Shown one piece after another: positions 46,736 through 55,249 of a DNA stretch of 55,249 nucleotides. The position numbers and the translations under genes were made by a program. The notes below the pieces were generated by a model. That model was not told the DNA's origin, did no database searches, and was given only the letters and a program-made list of their open reading frames with translations. The stretch comes from Alistipes sp. (GTDB lineage Bacteria; Bacteroidota; Bacteroidia; Bacteroidales; Rikenellaceae), in contig JAGCKG010000168.1 of NCBI GenBank assembly GCA_017647625.1, positions 1-55,249 of the forward strand, in the 5' to 3' direction. How positions within the stretch are numbered: the stretch's first letter is position 1; each line of letters starts with the position of its first letter.

Positions 46736-48187
46736 ATGGCAATTAAAAATAATGTAATGATTGTACGCCAGAGACTTCTTACGAAACTCGTAAGCCTCTG
46801 GAATGAGGGACAGTTGGTTGAGAAAATCGACAGAGTACCCATCGAATTTAGTCCTCGTAACTCGCAGGTGCGTGGTCGTTGTTGTATCCACAAGGAGCGC
46901 GCCGTATGGAAGTACAAGTCGTTGCCACTACTCGGCTACGATATGACCGACGAGAGCGATGAGCTTATGCCACTTTCAGCATATGCAAAGATGGTCCTCG
47001 ACCGCGACAAGATGAAGGAGAACATTATGTGCGTTATCGATGAGGCTTGCTCATCTTGTGTACGCACAAACTACGATATCACAAACCTCTGCCGTGGCTG
47101 TGTGGCTCGTGCTTGTGAGCACGCCTGTCCAAAGGATGCTATTGAGTTCGACCCAGATACATCGCAGGGTAAGATTAACCACAAGGTATGTATCAGCTGT
47201 GGCAAGTGCTACGCAGCGTGTCCTTATCACGCTATCGTTTACATCCCAGTTCCTTGCGAGGAGGCTTGTCCAGTGGGTGCTATTTCAAAAGATGAGTATG
47301 GTGTAGAGCATATCGACGAGACAAAGTGTATCTACTGCGGTAAGTGTATGAACGCTTGTCCTTTCGGTGCTATCTTCGAGATTTCGCAGGTATTCGATAT
47401 CTTGCAGTCTATCCGTCGTGGCGAGGAGGTTGTAGCGATGGTTGCTCCATCTATCCTTTCGCAGTACAACGTACCTACAGAGCAGGTATACGGTGCTATC
47501 AAGGCTATCGGTTTCAAGGATGTTATCGAGGTGGCACGCGGTGCAGAGGTAACTACCGAGAAGGAGACACACGAGTTTGCAGAGAAGATGGAGGAGGGTC
47601 AGCCATTTATGACCACATCTTGCTGTCCTTCATATATGGAGATGGCACGCAAGCACGCCCCAGAACTTCAAAAGTACATCTCATCGACATACTCACCAAT
47701 GGTATACACTGCCGACATCGCACGCGAGAAGTATCCTAATGCCAAGTTGGTATTCGTAGGTCCTTGTATCGCAAAGCGTAAGGAGGCACGTCGTGAGGAC
47801 TTGCAGGGCAAGGTAGACTTCGTTCTTACATACGAGGAGGTACACGCTATCCTTGGTGGTATGAACATTGAGCTTGGTGAGGCTAACGTACACCCAGTAG
47901 ATTGCGCATCACGTCGCTCGGCACACGGTTTTGCGGAGAATGGTGGTGTTACCGCTGCGGTTAAGGAGTTGGTTGATGGTAAGCTCGATTTCACAACATT
48001 GCAGATTGCAGGTCTTAATAAGAAGAATGTCGGTTTGTTGAAGGCTTACGGTAAGACTGGTAAGGCTCCAGCACAGTTCATCGAGGTGATGGTATGTGAT
48101 GGTGGCTGTATCTCTGGTCCAAGCGTACACACCGCCTACGATGCTGGTGGTAAGAAGACCTTCGACACCGAGCTACAGAAGCGTTAA
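46736..48187 (+). CDS. hydA: Monomeric [FeFe]-hydrogenase with ferredoxin domains (Bacteroidota group-B-like)
   Basis: H-cluster motifs TTSCCPSY, GPCIAKRKE and EVMVCDGGCISG; several CxxCxxCxxxCP clusters; followed by maturases. Confidence 0.9.
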   Translation: MAIKNNVMIVRQRLLTKLVSLWNEGQLVEKIDRVPIEFSPRNSQVRGRCCIHKERAVWKYKSLPLLGYDMTDESDELMPLSAYAKMVLDRDKMKENIMCVIDEACSSCVRTNYDITNLCRGCVARACEHACPKDAIEFDPDTSQGKINHKVCISCGKCYAACPYHAIVYIPVPCEEACPVGAISKDEYGVEHIDETKCIYCGKCMNACPFGAIFEISQVFDILQSIRRGEEVVAMVAPSILSQYNVPTEQVYGAIKAIGFKDVIEVARGAEVTTEKETHEFAEKMEEGQPFMTTSCCPSYMEMARKHAPELQKYISSTYSPMVYTADIAREKYPNAKLVFVGPCIAKRKEARREDLQGKVDFVLTYEEVHAILGGMNIELGEANVHPVDCASRRSAHGFAENGGVTAAVKELVDGKLDFTTLQIAGLNKKNVGLLKAYGKTGKAPAQFIEVMVCDGGCISGPSVHTAYDAGGKKTFDTELQKR

Positions 48188-48197
48188 AAACCTATAG

Positions 48198-49244
48198 ATG
48201 AAGAAATTAGTTGAGCGTTTAGTTCGAGATAAAAGGCTTGATGCCTCTGATATGGGGGAGTTGCTTAAAAGTGCTACCCAAGACTCGAACGTGCTTCAAC
48301 TACTTCGCGATTATGCCGTCCGAACTGCGCGCCAGCAGTTCGGACTTGGCATATATATACGTGGACTTATCGAGTTATCGAGTTTCTGCCGTTGCAACTG
48401 TCTCTACTGCGGTTTGAGGCGTAGCAACCGCACTGCCGAGCGATATAGACTCACACAAGAGGAGGTCCTTGAATGCTGTAAGGAGGGCTACCGATTAGGT
48501 TTCCGCACCTTAGTATTGCAGGGTGGCGAGGATGGCACACACTCCGACGAGTGGTTGGAGACACTTATATGTCAGATGCGTAGCCAGTATCCCGATGTCG
48601 CAATCACGCTCTCATTAGGCGAGCGTAGCGAGACCTCCTACATACGTCTCAAGCGCGCAGGTGCTAACCGCTACCTTCTGCGCCACGAGGCGGCAAACAA
48701 GGAGTTATACGAGTCGCTACACCCCGATGGACGTGGCATAGAGCATCGCATAGCCTGTGCCGAGGCGTTGAAGCGCGCCGACTATCAGGTAGGACTCGGT
48801 ATGATGATAGGTGTCAAGGGGCAGACCATAGAACACCTTGTGGAGGACCTCGCCCTTATCGAGCGTATGCAACCGCAGATGGTGGGCATAGGACCCTTCC
48901 TACCACATAAGGCGACACCACTGGGCAATGAGCCTGCTGGCGACCTCAACCTCACGTTAGCGATTATTGCCATCGTGAGAATTATGCTACCTACAGCACT
49001 GATACCCTCCACCACAGCCCTTGCGTCGCTCACACCACGCGGACGCCTGGAGGGAATACTATCGGGTGCGAATGTCGTTATGCCCAACCTCTCGCCTTCG
49101 GACGTGAGAGCAAAGTATGCGATATATGAGAATAAGGCCTCGTGGGGCAAGGAGGCTGCCGAAGGACTATCGGCACTTGAAAATGAACTCAACACCATTG
49201 GCTATCACATCGACTGGTCAAGAGGTGACTATCATATAGAATAA
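48198..49244 (+). CDS. hydE: [FeFe]-hydrogenase maturase, radical SAM
   Basis: RGLIE...CRCNCLYCGLR, RYLLRHE, GIGPF, GANVVMPNLSP. Confidence 0.93.
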   Translation: MKKLVERLVRDKRLDASDMGELLKSATQDSNVLQLLRDYAVRTARQQFGLGIYIRGLIELSSFCRCNCLYCGLRRSNRTAERYRLTQEEVLECCKEGYRLGFRTLVLQGGEDGTHSDEWLETLICQMRSQYPDVAITLSLGERSETSYIRLKRAGANRYLLRHEAANKELYESLHPDGRGIEHRIACAEALKRADYQVGLGMMIGVKGQTIEHLVEDLALIERMQPQMVGIGPFLPHKATPLGNEPAGDLNLTLAIIAIVRIMLPTALIPSTTALASLTPRGRLEGILSGANVVMPNLSPSDVRAKYAIYENKASWGKEAAEGLSALENELNTIGYHIDWSRGDYHIE

Positions 49245-49271
49245 GTTGAACATAAGAGAGTTAGAGTAACA

Positions 49272-50696
49272 ATGATTGAATATAACGTTAAGTCGGAGAG
49301 AGCAGAGGAGTTTATCCACGACGGTGAGATATGCGCTACATTGGAGTATGCTCGCGAGCATCGCGCCGATAAGGCTCTTATCGAGGAGATTCTGGCAAAG
49401 GCAGAGCAGGGAAATGGCATCTCACACCGCGAGGCAGCGGTGCTTATTGAGGTGGAGGACAAGGAGATAGAGGAGCGTATGTATGCCATAGCGCGTCGTT
49501 TGAAGGAGCGCATCTACGGCAACCGCATCGTGATGTTTGCACCCTTGTATCTCTCCAACCACTGCGTAAATGGCTGTGTATACTGCCCTTACCACGCACA
49601 AAACCGCACTATACCACGTCGTAAACTTACACAGGAGGAGATACGTCGCGAGGTTATAGCATTGCAGGATATGGGACATAAGCGTCTTGCGTTGGAGACA
49701 GGCGAGCATCCCAAGTTAAGCCCTATAGAGTATGTACTGGAGTCTATCGACACCATCTACTCTATCCACCACAAGAATGGTGCTATACGTCGTGTAAACG
49801 TGAATATCGCAGCCACTACGGTGGAGAACTACACCCGCCTAAAGGACGCAGGCATAGGCACTTACATCCTCTTCGAGGAGACCTACGACCGCAAGACATA
49901 CGAAGCACTACACCCTACTGGTCCTAAGAGCGACTGGGCATACCACACTGAGGCTATGGATAGAGCGATGCTCGGTGGCATCGACGATGTGGGCGTGGGA
50001 GCATTGTTCGGACTATCGAACTACCGCTACGACGTTGTGGGTATCCTTATGCACGCCGAGCACCTTGAGGCTCGCTTTGGCGTAGGACCACATACCATCA
50101 GCGTGCCACGCATCCGTCCTGCCGACGATATTGACCCCAAGGATTTCCCAAATGCCGTTACCGACGACGTATTCCGTCGTATCGTGGCAGTATTGCGCAT
50201 TGCAGTGCCATACACTGGTATGATTGTATCGACCCGCGAGTCACAGCGTTCGCGCGAGTTGGTCCTCGACGTGGGCGTATCACAACTTAGTGGTGGCTCG
50301 AAAACCAGCGTCGGAGGCTATGCCGAGGGCATCGTGGATGCCGAGGAGTCTGCACAGTTCGACATCTCGGACAACCGTACCCTTGACGATATCGTAGGTT
50401 GGTTGTTGGAGTTGGGTTACATCCCAAGTTTCTGCACCGCCTGCTATAGAGAGGGTCGCACTGGCGATAGATTTATGTCGTTGGCAAAGCGCGGACTTAT
50501 AGGCAACTGCTGTGCGCCTAACGCCCTTATGACCCTTGCCGAGTACCTCGAAGACTACGCCTCGCCAAAGGTTAAGGTAGCGGGAAAACTTATGATAGAC
50601 CGCCTTACAAAGGTCATCCCTTCGGATAAGGTGCGCCAGATTACCGAGCGCAACCTTCAGGAGATTATCAACGGTAAGCGCGATTTCCGCTTCTAA
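49272..50696 (+). CDS. hydG: [FeFe]-hydrogenase maturase, radical SAM tyrosine lyase
   Basis: FAPLYLSNHCVNGCVYC, GHKRLALE, GPHTISVPR, PSFCTACYR...C. Confidence 0.95.
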   Translation: MIEYNVKSERAEEFIHDGEICATLEYAREHRADKALIEEILAKAEQGNGISHREAAVLIEVEDKEIEERMYAIARRLKERIYGNRIVMFAPLYLSNHCVNGCVYCPYHAQNRTIPRRKLTQEEIRREVIALQDMGHKRLALETGEHPKLSPIEYVLESIDTIYSIHHKNGAIRRVNVNIAATTVENYTRLKDAGIGTYILFEETYDRKTYEALHPTGPKSDWAYHTEAMDRAMLGGIDDVGVGALFGLSNYRYDVVGILMHAEHLEARFGVGPHTISVPRIRPADDIDPKDFPNAVTDDVFRRIVAVLRIAVPYTGMIVSTRESQRSRELVLDVGVSQLSGGSKTSVGGYAEGIVDAEESAQFDISDNRTLDDIVGWLLELGYIPSFCTACYREGRTGDRFMSLAKRGLIGNCCAPNALMTLAEYLEDYASPKVKVAGKLMIDRLTKVIPSDKVRQITERNLQEIINGKRDFRF

Positions 50697-50707
50697 AGCA
50701 CCGAAAT

Positions 50708-51889
50708 ATGCAGAGCGTATCATCATCAGAGCGTGTCCATATCTCGGTCTTTGGACGTTGCAATGCGGGCAAGTCGACCCTTGTAAACCGCATTACGGGG
50801 CAGGATGTGGCTATAGTATCACCCGTAGCAGGCACTACCACCGACCCTGTGCAGAAGGCTATCGAGATAAATGGTCTTGGCGCAGCGATAATCATCGACA
50901 CCCCAGGCTTGGACGACACCACGACACTCGGTAACGAGCGCGTACAGCGTACCGCAAAAGTACTCGATAAGACCGATATCGCGGTGGTGCTACTCACCGA
51001 TACGGAGTGCGATGCGGAGCAGAGAATAATAGAGGAGTGTCGCATACGAGAGATACCCGTAGTGGTGGCATTGGCACATATCGACCGTCTTACTAACTAC
51101 CCCGCTATGGTTGAGAGCCTCGGTTCAAAACTTGGTCGTAAGATATTGCCTATCAGCGCACTTACGGGCGAGGGCGTAGAGCAACTTGTAAAGGAGATAG
51201 TGGCTATACGTCCTGCAGAAGAGCGATTTATAACCGAGGGGTTCTGCAAGGCTGGCGACAGAGTTTTGCTTGTGATGCCACAGGATAAATCGGCACCCAA
51301 GGGTCGCCTTATACAGCCACAAGTGCAGACCATACGTGAGTTGCTGGACAGAGGTACTATACCTATCTGCTGTACCCCCGACCGTATGGCAGAGGCATTG
51401 GCATCGATAACAACACCCCCAGAACTTATCATCACCGACTCGCAAGCCTTCGAGGATGTGTACCGACTAAAGCCTGAGCAGAGCGTACTAACATCATTCT
51501 CAATACTCTTTGCGCGCTACAAGGGCGATATAGCACTCTTTATGGAGGGTGTGCGCGCCCTGAAGCGACTAACACCCACCTCGCGCATACTTATTGCCGA
51601 GGCGTGTACCCACACACCACAGAATGAGGATATAGGCAGAGTCAAACTACCTCGCATCCTACGCAAGAAGTTTGGCGAGACGTTGCAAATAGATATCGTC
51701 GGTGGCGCAGACTACCCCGAGGACCTCTCGGCATACGATTTGGTCATCCACTGTGGCGCGTGTATGTTCAACCGCAAGCACGTTCTCAGTCGTGTGGAGC
51801 GCGCACGAACGCAGGGTGTTGCCATAACAAACTATGGCGTTATCCTCGCCGCGTTGAGTGGCATCCTTGACCGCGTTAAGGTCGAGTAG
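50708..51889 (+). CDS. hydF: [FeFe]-hydrogenase maturase GTPase
   Basis: GRCNAGKS, GTTTDPV, DTPG, APKGRLIQPQ, EACTH, HCGACM. Confidence 0.95.
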   Translation: MQSVSSSERVHISVFGRCNAGKSTLVNRITGQDVAIVSPVAGTTTDPVQKAIEINGLGAAIIIDTPGLDDTTTLGNERVQRTAKVLDKTDIAVVLLTDTECDAEQRIIEECRIREIPVVVALAHIDRLTNYPAMVESLGSKLGRKILPISALTGEGVEQLVKEIVAIRPAEERFITEGFCKAGDRVLLVMPQDKSAPKGRLIQPQVQTIRELLDRGTIPICCTPDRMAEALASITTPPELIITDSQAFEDVYRLKPEQSVLTSFSILFARYKGDIALFMEGVRALKRLTPTSRILIAEACTHTPQNEDIGRVKLPRILRKKFGETLQIDIVGGADYPEDLSAYDLVIHCGACMFNRKHVLSRVERARTQGVAITNYGVILAALSGILDRVKVE

Positions 51890-51890
51890 T

Positions 51891-51921
51891 TTTGATGTTT
51901 TGAAAAAAATATATAACTTTG
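51891..51921 (+). promoter_or_regulatory. sigma-A promoter of hpt-queE-ftsB
   Basis: TTTG-N19-TAACTTTG. Confidence 0.65.
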
Positions 51922-51951
51922 AACGAATTTATTTAGGTAGGTTACATAATT

Positions 51952-52491
51952 ATGGAAAAGATAAAGTTATTAGATCGTCGTTTTAAGACGATGATACCCG
52001 CAGAGGAGATTGACAAGGCTGTACAGCGCGTTGCAGACCAACTTAACGAGCGTTATGCTGGCAAGACCCCTATCTTCCTTGGTGTGCTTAGCGGAGCCTT
52101 CCTCTTCCTTAGCGATCTTGTGCGTAAGACCACATTCGACTCACGCCTTGCATTCGTTAAGATTTCATCATACGAGGGTACACAGTCTACAGGCTCTATC
52201 AAACAGCACCTCGGCATCGACTTCGACATCGAGGGCAAGGATATCATCATCGTGGAGGATATCGTGGAGACAGGTCATAGTATGAACTACTTGCTCGACT
52301 ACCTCAAGGAGCGTAACCCAGCGAGTGTATCTATTTGCACGCTCTTCTTCAAGCCAGAGAAGTTCCTCTATGAGTACAAGATTGACTATGTGGCAATGCC
52401 TATCGGCAATGAGTTTATTGTGGGCTACGGTCTCGACTACAACCAGATAGGTCGTAACCTTAAGGATATATACGTTTTAGATGAAGATTAA
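51952..52491 (+). CDS. hpt: Hypoxanthine phosphoribosyltransferase
   Basis: SSYEGT, IIVEDIVETG (PRPP loop), FIVGYGLDY. Confidence 0.95.
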   Translation: MEKIKLLDRRFKTMIPAEEIDKAVQRVADQLNERYAGKTPIFLGVLSGAFLFLSDLVRKTTFDSRLAFVKISSYEGTQSTGSIKQHLGIDFDIEGKDIIIVEDIVETGHSMNYLLDYLKERNPASVSICTLFFKPEKFLYEYKIDYVAMPIGNEFIVGYGLDYNQIGRNLKDIYVLDED

Positions 52492-53116
52492 CCCCGACTT
52501 GGAACTTTTGGAGGGCGGTAGAAAACTGCCCCTTGTGGAGGACTTCTACACCATACAGGGCGAAGGCTACCACTCTGGTAAGCCAGCATACTTCATACGC
52601 CTCGGAGGCTGTGATGTGGGCTGTCGTTGGTGCGATGCCAAGTACACTTGGAACCCCAAGATCTTCCCTCCTACAGCCATTGAGACAATCGTTGAGCGCG
52701 CAGCATCCTGCTCGGCGCAGGCTATAGTCATCACTGGTGGAGAACCATTGCTATACCCTTTGGGTATGCTCACCCGCGAACTACACGCTCGTGGTCTTGA
52801 GATCTTCCTTGAGACCTCTGGCACAAACCCTATAAGTGGCGAGTTCGACTGGATATGCCTCTCGCCCAAGCGTCAGATGCCACCTCTCAACGAGGCACTA
52901 CGTCGTGCCGACGAGTTGAAGGTCATCGTGCAGACCAAGGAGGACCTGGAATGGGCGGTAGAGTGTAGCAAGAAGGTAAGTGGCAAGTGCCTGCTATATG
53001 TGCAACCCGAGTGGAGCGTATATGAGAGCATCATCGGTGAAATGGTGGAGTGGGTCAAGGAGAATCCCCAGTGGAACATCTCCATCCAGACGCATAAGTT
53101 TATGCATATACCGTAA
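52481..53116 (+). CDS. queE: 7-carboxy-7-deazaguanine synthase (radical SAM)
   Basis: FYTIQGEG, FIRLGGCDVGCRWCD, ITGGEP, LETSG, SPK, QTHK. Confidence 0.92.
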   Translation: MKINPDLELLEGGRKLPLVEDFYTIQGEGYHSGKPAYFIRLGGCDVGCRWCDAKYTWNPKIFPPTAIETIVERAASCSAQAIVITGGEPLLYPLGMLTRELHARGLEIFLETSGTNPISGEFDWICLSPKRQMPPLNEALRRADELKVIVQTKEDLEWAVECSKKVSGKCLLYVQPEWSVYESIIGEMVEWVKENPQWNISIQTHKFMHIP

Positions 53117-53418
53117 TGGGAAAACAGAGTGTAAAGAGTAAACAGCAGAGATATATCAATATCTTCTGGGTCACACTTACGGTGGTCATCGCCATATGCA
53201 CCATCCTTGTGACTATCAGCACCTTGGGCAATATGGTCCGCACAAGGTCGCATCGTCGTGAGGTAGAGCGTAAGATTGCTATCTTGGAGCGCAAGATTGA
53301 GGGCGACAGCATCTTCATCGAGCGCATCAAGCACGACCCCGAGTTTATGGAGGAGTATGCCCGCGAGACATTCCATATGCAACGCAAAGGAGAGACGGTA
53401 TATATACTGGAGAATTAG
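53116..53418 (+). CDS. Septum formation initiator (FtsB/DivIC family)
   Basis: Single N-terminal TM, coiled coil, EEYARE.F.M...GETVY. Confidence 0.8.
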   Translation: MGKQSVKSKQQRYINIFWVTLTVVIAICTILVTISTLGNMVRTRSHRREVERKIAILERKIEGDSIFIERIKHDPEFMEEYARETFHMQRKGETVYILEN

Positions 53419-53502
53419 TAATTAGTAATTAGTAATGGGCTCTGTATCTGATAAATAAACGACTCAAAAACATTACTAATTCCTAATTTCTCACTACTAA
53501 TT
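53413..53502. repeat. (AATTAGT)3 array with a downstream complementary degenerate array
   Basis: 53413-53440 is identical to 42628-42655; CATTACTAATTCCTAATT...CTACTAATT at 53471-53502. Confidence 0.8.
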
Positions 53503-53514
53503 TTAATATAATAC

Positions 53515-53543
53515 AATAACGCGCCTATGGGTGCGTTATTTTT
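53515..53543 (+). terminator. Intrinsic terminator
   Basis: AATAACGCGCC/GGTGCGTTATT plus T-tract. Confidence 0.75.
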
Positions 53544-53624
53544 GTGTTAATGGTTTAATAATTGCTAAAAACGCTTTGCCTATTGAAGAAACATCGACTC
53601 TTGAAAACAAAATTTTAGAGTGTT

Positions 53625-55103
53625 ATGAAAAGAGATGTTTTATCCTATCTTGCTATCGCAGCGGTGTCTGCGGTAACGAGCGTTGCTACACTCGCCGTAG
53701 CAACAAACAGCAAAGCCAGCGATGCCCCAGCGAGCATTGCAACCATTAGCGACCAGCCATTTGCCACCAACCACGTTGTAGATACGCAGTTTGCCTCACA
53801 GGTTGTGCGTGGCGAATATCCCGACCTCACATACGCTGCCGAGAATGCCGTAAAGGCTGTGGTAAACATCCGCGCTACGGTAACGGTGGAGAGCAGAACC
53901 TATCCCCGCGACCCCTTCTTCGAGTTCTTCGGTTACCCACAGGGCAACATCCAACGCGAGGCAGAGGCTGGAGGCTCGGGTGTTATAATCTCGGAGGATG
54001 GCTATATCGTAACCAACAACCACGTCGTTAACAACGCCACAAAACTGCGCGTCACGCTCCACGACGGCAGAGCATATGATGCAAAGGTCATAGGCACAGA
54101 CCCCGCTACAGACGTCGCCCTTATAAAGATTGATGCCGAGAATCTGCCAACACTACCCTTCGGCTCATCGGATGACCTACGCCTTGGCGAGTGGGTGCTT
54201 GCCATAGGCTACCCTATGAACCTACAGTCTACCATCACCGCAGGTATCGTGTCGGCAAAGGCGCGCCAACTTGGTGCTATCGAGGGTAACTCTGGCATCG
54301 AATCCTTTATACAGACCGATGCAGCCGTTAACCCTGGCAACTCGGGCGGTGCGCTGGTAAATACTCGTGGTGAACTGGTGGGTATCAACACCATCATCAA
54401 GACCTCGACGGGTAGTTATGTGGGCTACTCCTTCGCAGTACCCGAGAGTATCGTGCGCAAGGTGGTGGTAGACCTCAAGGAGTCGGGCGTGGTACAACGT
54501 GCCGTACTCGGCATATCATATCGCCCTGTAGACCAGAAGTTTATCGACGATATGGGCGAGCATACGGGCATCGACAAGATTGGCGGTATATATGTAGCCT
54601 CCGTTGTCGAGGATGGCGCAGCATCGAAGGCAGGCATCCGCAAGGGCGATGTTATTACCAAGGTCGACGATGTCGCTGTCAACGACTCTGCAATCTTCTT
54701 GGAGCAGATAGGCAAACGTCGCCCAGGCGATAGCATCAATATCGAACTACGTCGTGGCGACAAGGTCATTAAGACCTCGGCGACACTCCAAAACCGCGCT
54801 GGCGAGACCTCGCTACTGGCAAAGGAGAGCGTAGATGTAGCCAAGGCGTTGGGTGCAAAACTACAGAACGCACCGAGGGAACTATGCGAGAAGTTGGATA
54901 TAAGAGGCGGTGTTCAGGTTACGGCAGTTACAAGTGGTGGCGTACTGGAGCGTTGTCGCGTTAAGGAGGGATATGTCATCACACATATCAACGACCGCCC
55001 TATCTCGAGCCTTGAGGATATCGACCGCCTTACCACTAAGATCACCAGCATCGACGGCATCTACCCCAACGGCAGAGCATCAAGTTATATGATTGTGGAG
55101 TAA
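53625..55103 (+). CDS. htrA: HtrA/DegP-family serine protease with two PDZ domains
   Basis: GSGVIIS.DGYIVTNNHVV, TDVALIK, IQTDAAVNPGNSGG. Confidence 0.93.
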   Translation: MKRDVLSYLAIAAVSAVTSVATLAVATNSKASDAPASIATISDQPFATNHVVDTQFASQVVRGEYPDLTYAAENAVKAVVNIRATVTVESRTYPRDPFFEFFGYPQGNIQREAEAGGSGVIISEDGYIVTNNHVVNNATKLRVTLHDGRAYDAKVIGTDPATDVALIKIDAENLPTLPFGSSDDLRLGEWVLAIGYPMNLQSTITAGIVSAKARQLGAIEGNSGIESFIQTDAAVNPGNSGGALVNTRGELVGINTIIKTSTGSYVGYSFAVPESIVRKVVVDLKESGVVQRAVLGISYRPVDQKFIDDMGEHTGIDKIGGIYVASVVEDGAASKAGIRKGDVITKVDDVAVNDSAIFLEQIGKRRPGDSINIELRRGDKVIKTSATLQNRAGETSLLAKESVDVAKALGAKLQNAPRELCEKLDIRGGVQVTAVTSGGVLERCRVKEGYVITHINDRPISSLEDIDRLTTKITSIDGIYPNGRASSYMIVE

Positions 55104-55108
55104 CCTAT

Positions 55109-55220
55109 TAATTAGTAATTAGTAGAGAGTAATTAGTAATGGTTAAAAGTCTGCGACTTTTTGCGCAGAAGATGGGGATGCTGGGGAGTATGGGTAGAGT
55201 GGGGATTATGGGGAAGCGCG
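55109..55220. repeat. Composite heptamer/nonamer element, probably continuing beyond the window
   Basis: AATTAGT array, ATGGT, GTCTGCGAC, five nTGGGnnnn nonamers (55172-55216), GAAGCGCG. Confidence 0.7.
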
Positions 55221-55249
55221 AGCATCATTAAACTACAATGCAATGCAAA

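Noticed and set aside
42628-55220. Heptamer and nonamer arrays as a CRISPR array
   Set aside because: Units are 7-9 nt without unique 30-40 nt spacers, and there are no cas genes.
1-55249. tRNA, rRNA or known riboswitch (TPP, cobalamin, preQ1)
   Set aside because: No cloverleaf, rRNA-like or riboswitch consensus recognised in any intergenic region by eye; an Infernal/tRNAscan run would be needed to exclude them fully.

Overview
Chromosomal window from an anaerobic Bacteroidota, most likely Alistipes/Rikenellaceae-like. This is inferred from TAnnTTTG promoters, lipoprotein-rich loci and the DUF349-pyrG-yidC gene order. Left end: the 3' part of a Fic gene and an AT-rich two-gene cassette bracketed by a perfect 26-bp direct repeat, probably the end of an integrated element. 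Then a NifU-like/GGGtGRT pair and a ~16 kb type V pilus operon (DUF3575, DUF3868/OmpA-like, three tandem FimA/Mfa1-like pilins, an Mfa2/FimB anchor, three minor/tip pilins) with a divergent TPR-LuxR regulator. These are followed by an S8 protease lipoprotein, a long RelA/SpoT homologue with a degenerate-looking synthetase, surface lipoproteins around an orphan argR, thiL, a flippase, aroQ, ackA-ptb-buk, DUF349, pyrG, yidC, an [FeFe]-hydrogenase with hydE/G/F, hpt, queE, an FtsB-like gene and htrA. No rRNA, tRNA, CRISPR array, transposase, integrase or reverse transcriptase was seen. The least explained signal is intergenic, and it falls into three groups: (i) two ~124-bp ERIC-like elements with compensatory base changes at the ackA and buk stop codons; (ii) a 190-bp MITE plus a collapsed end-to-end copy of its termini that supplies a gene's stop codon; (iii) composite elements that keep the same layout (7-mer array, GTCTGCGAC mini-hairpin, 9-mer array, GCGC motif) while the repeat units differ. 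All family assignments are by eye from motifs, with no database searches.
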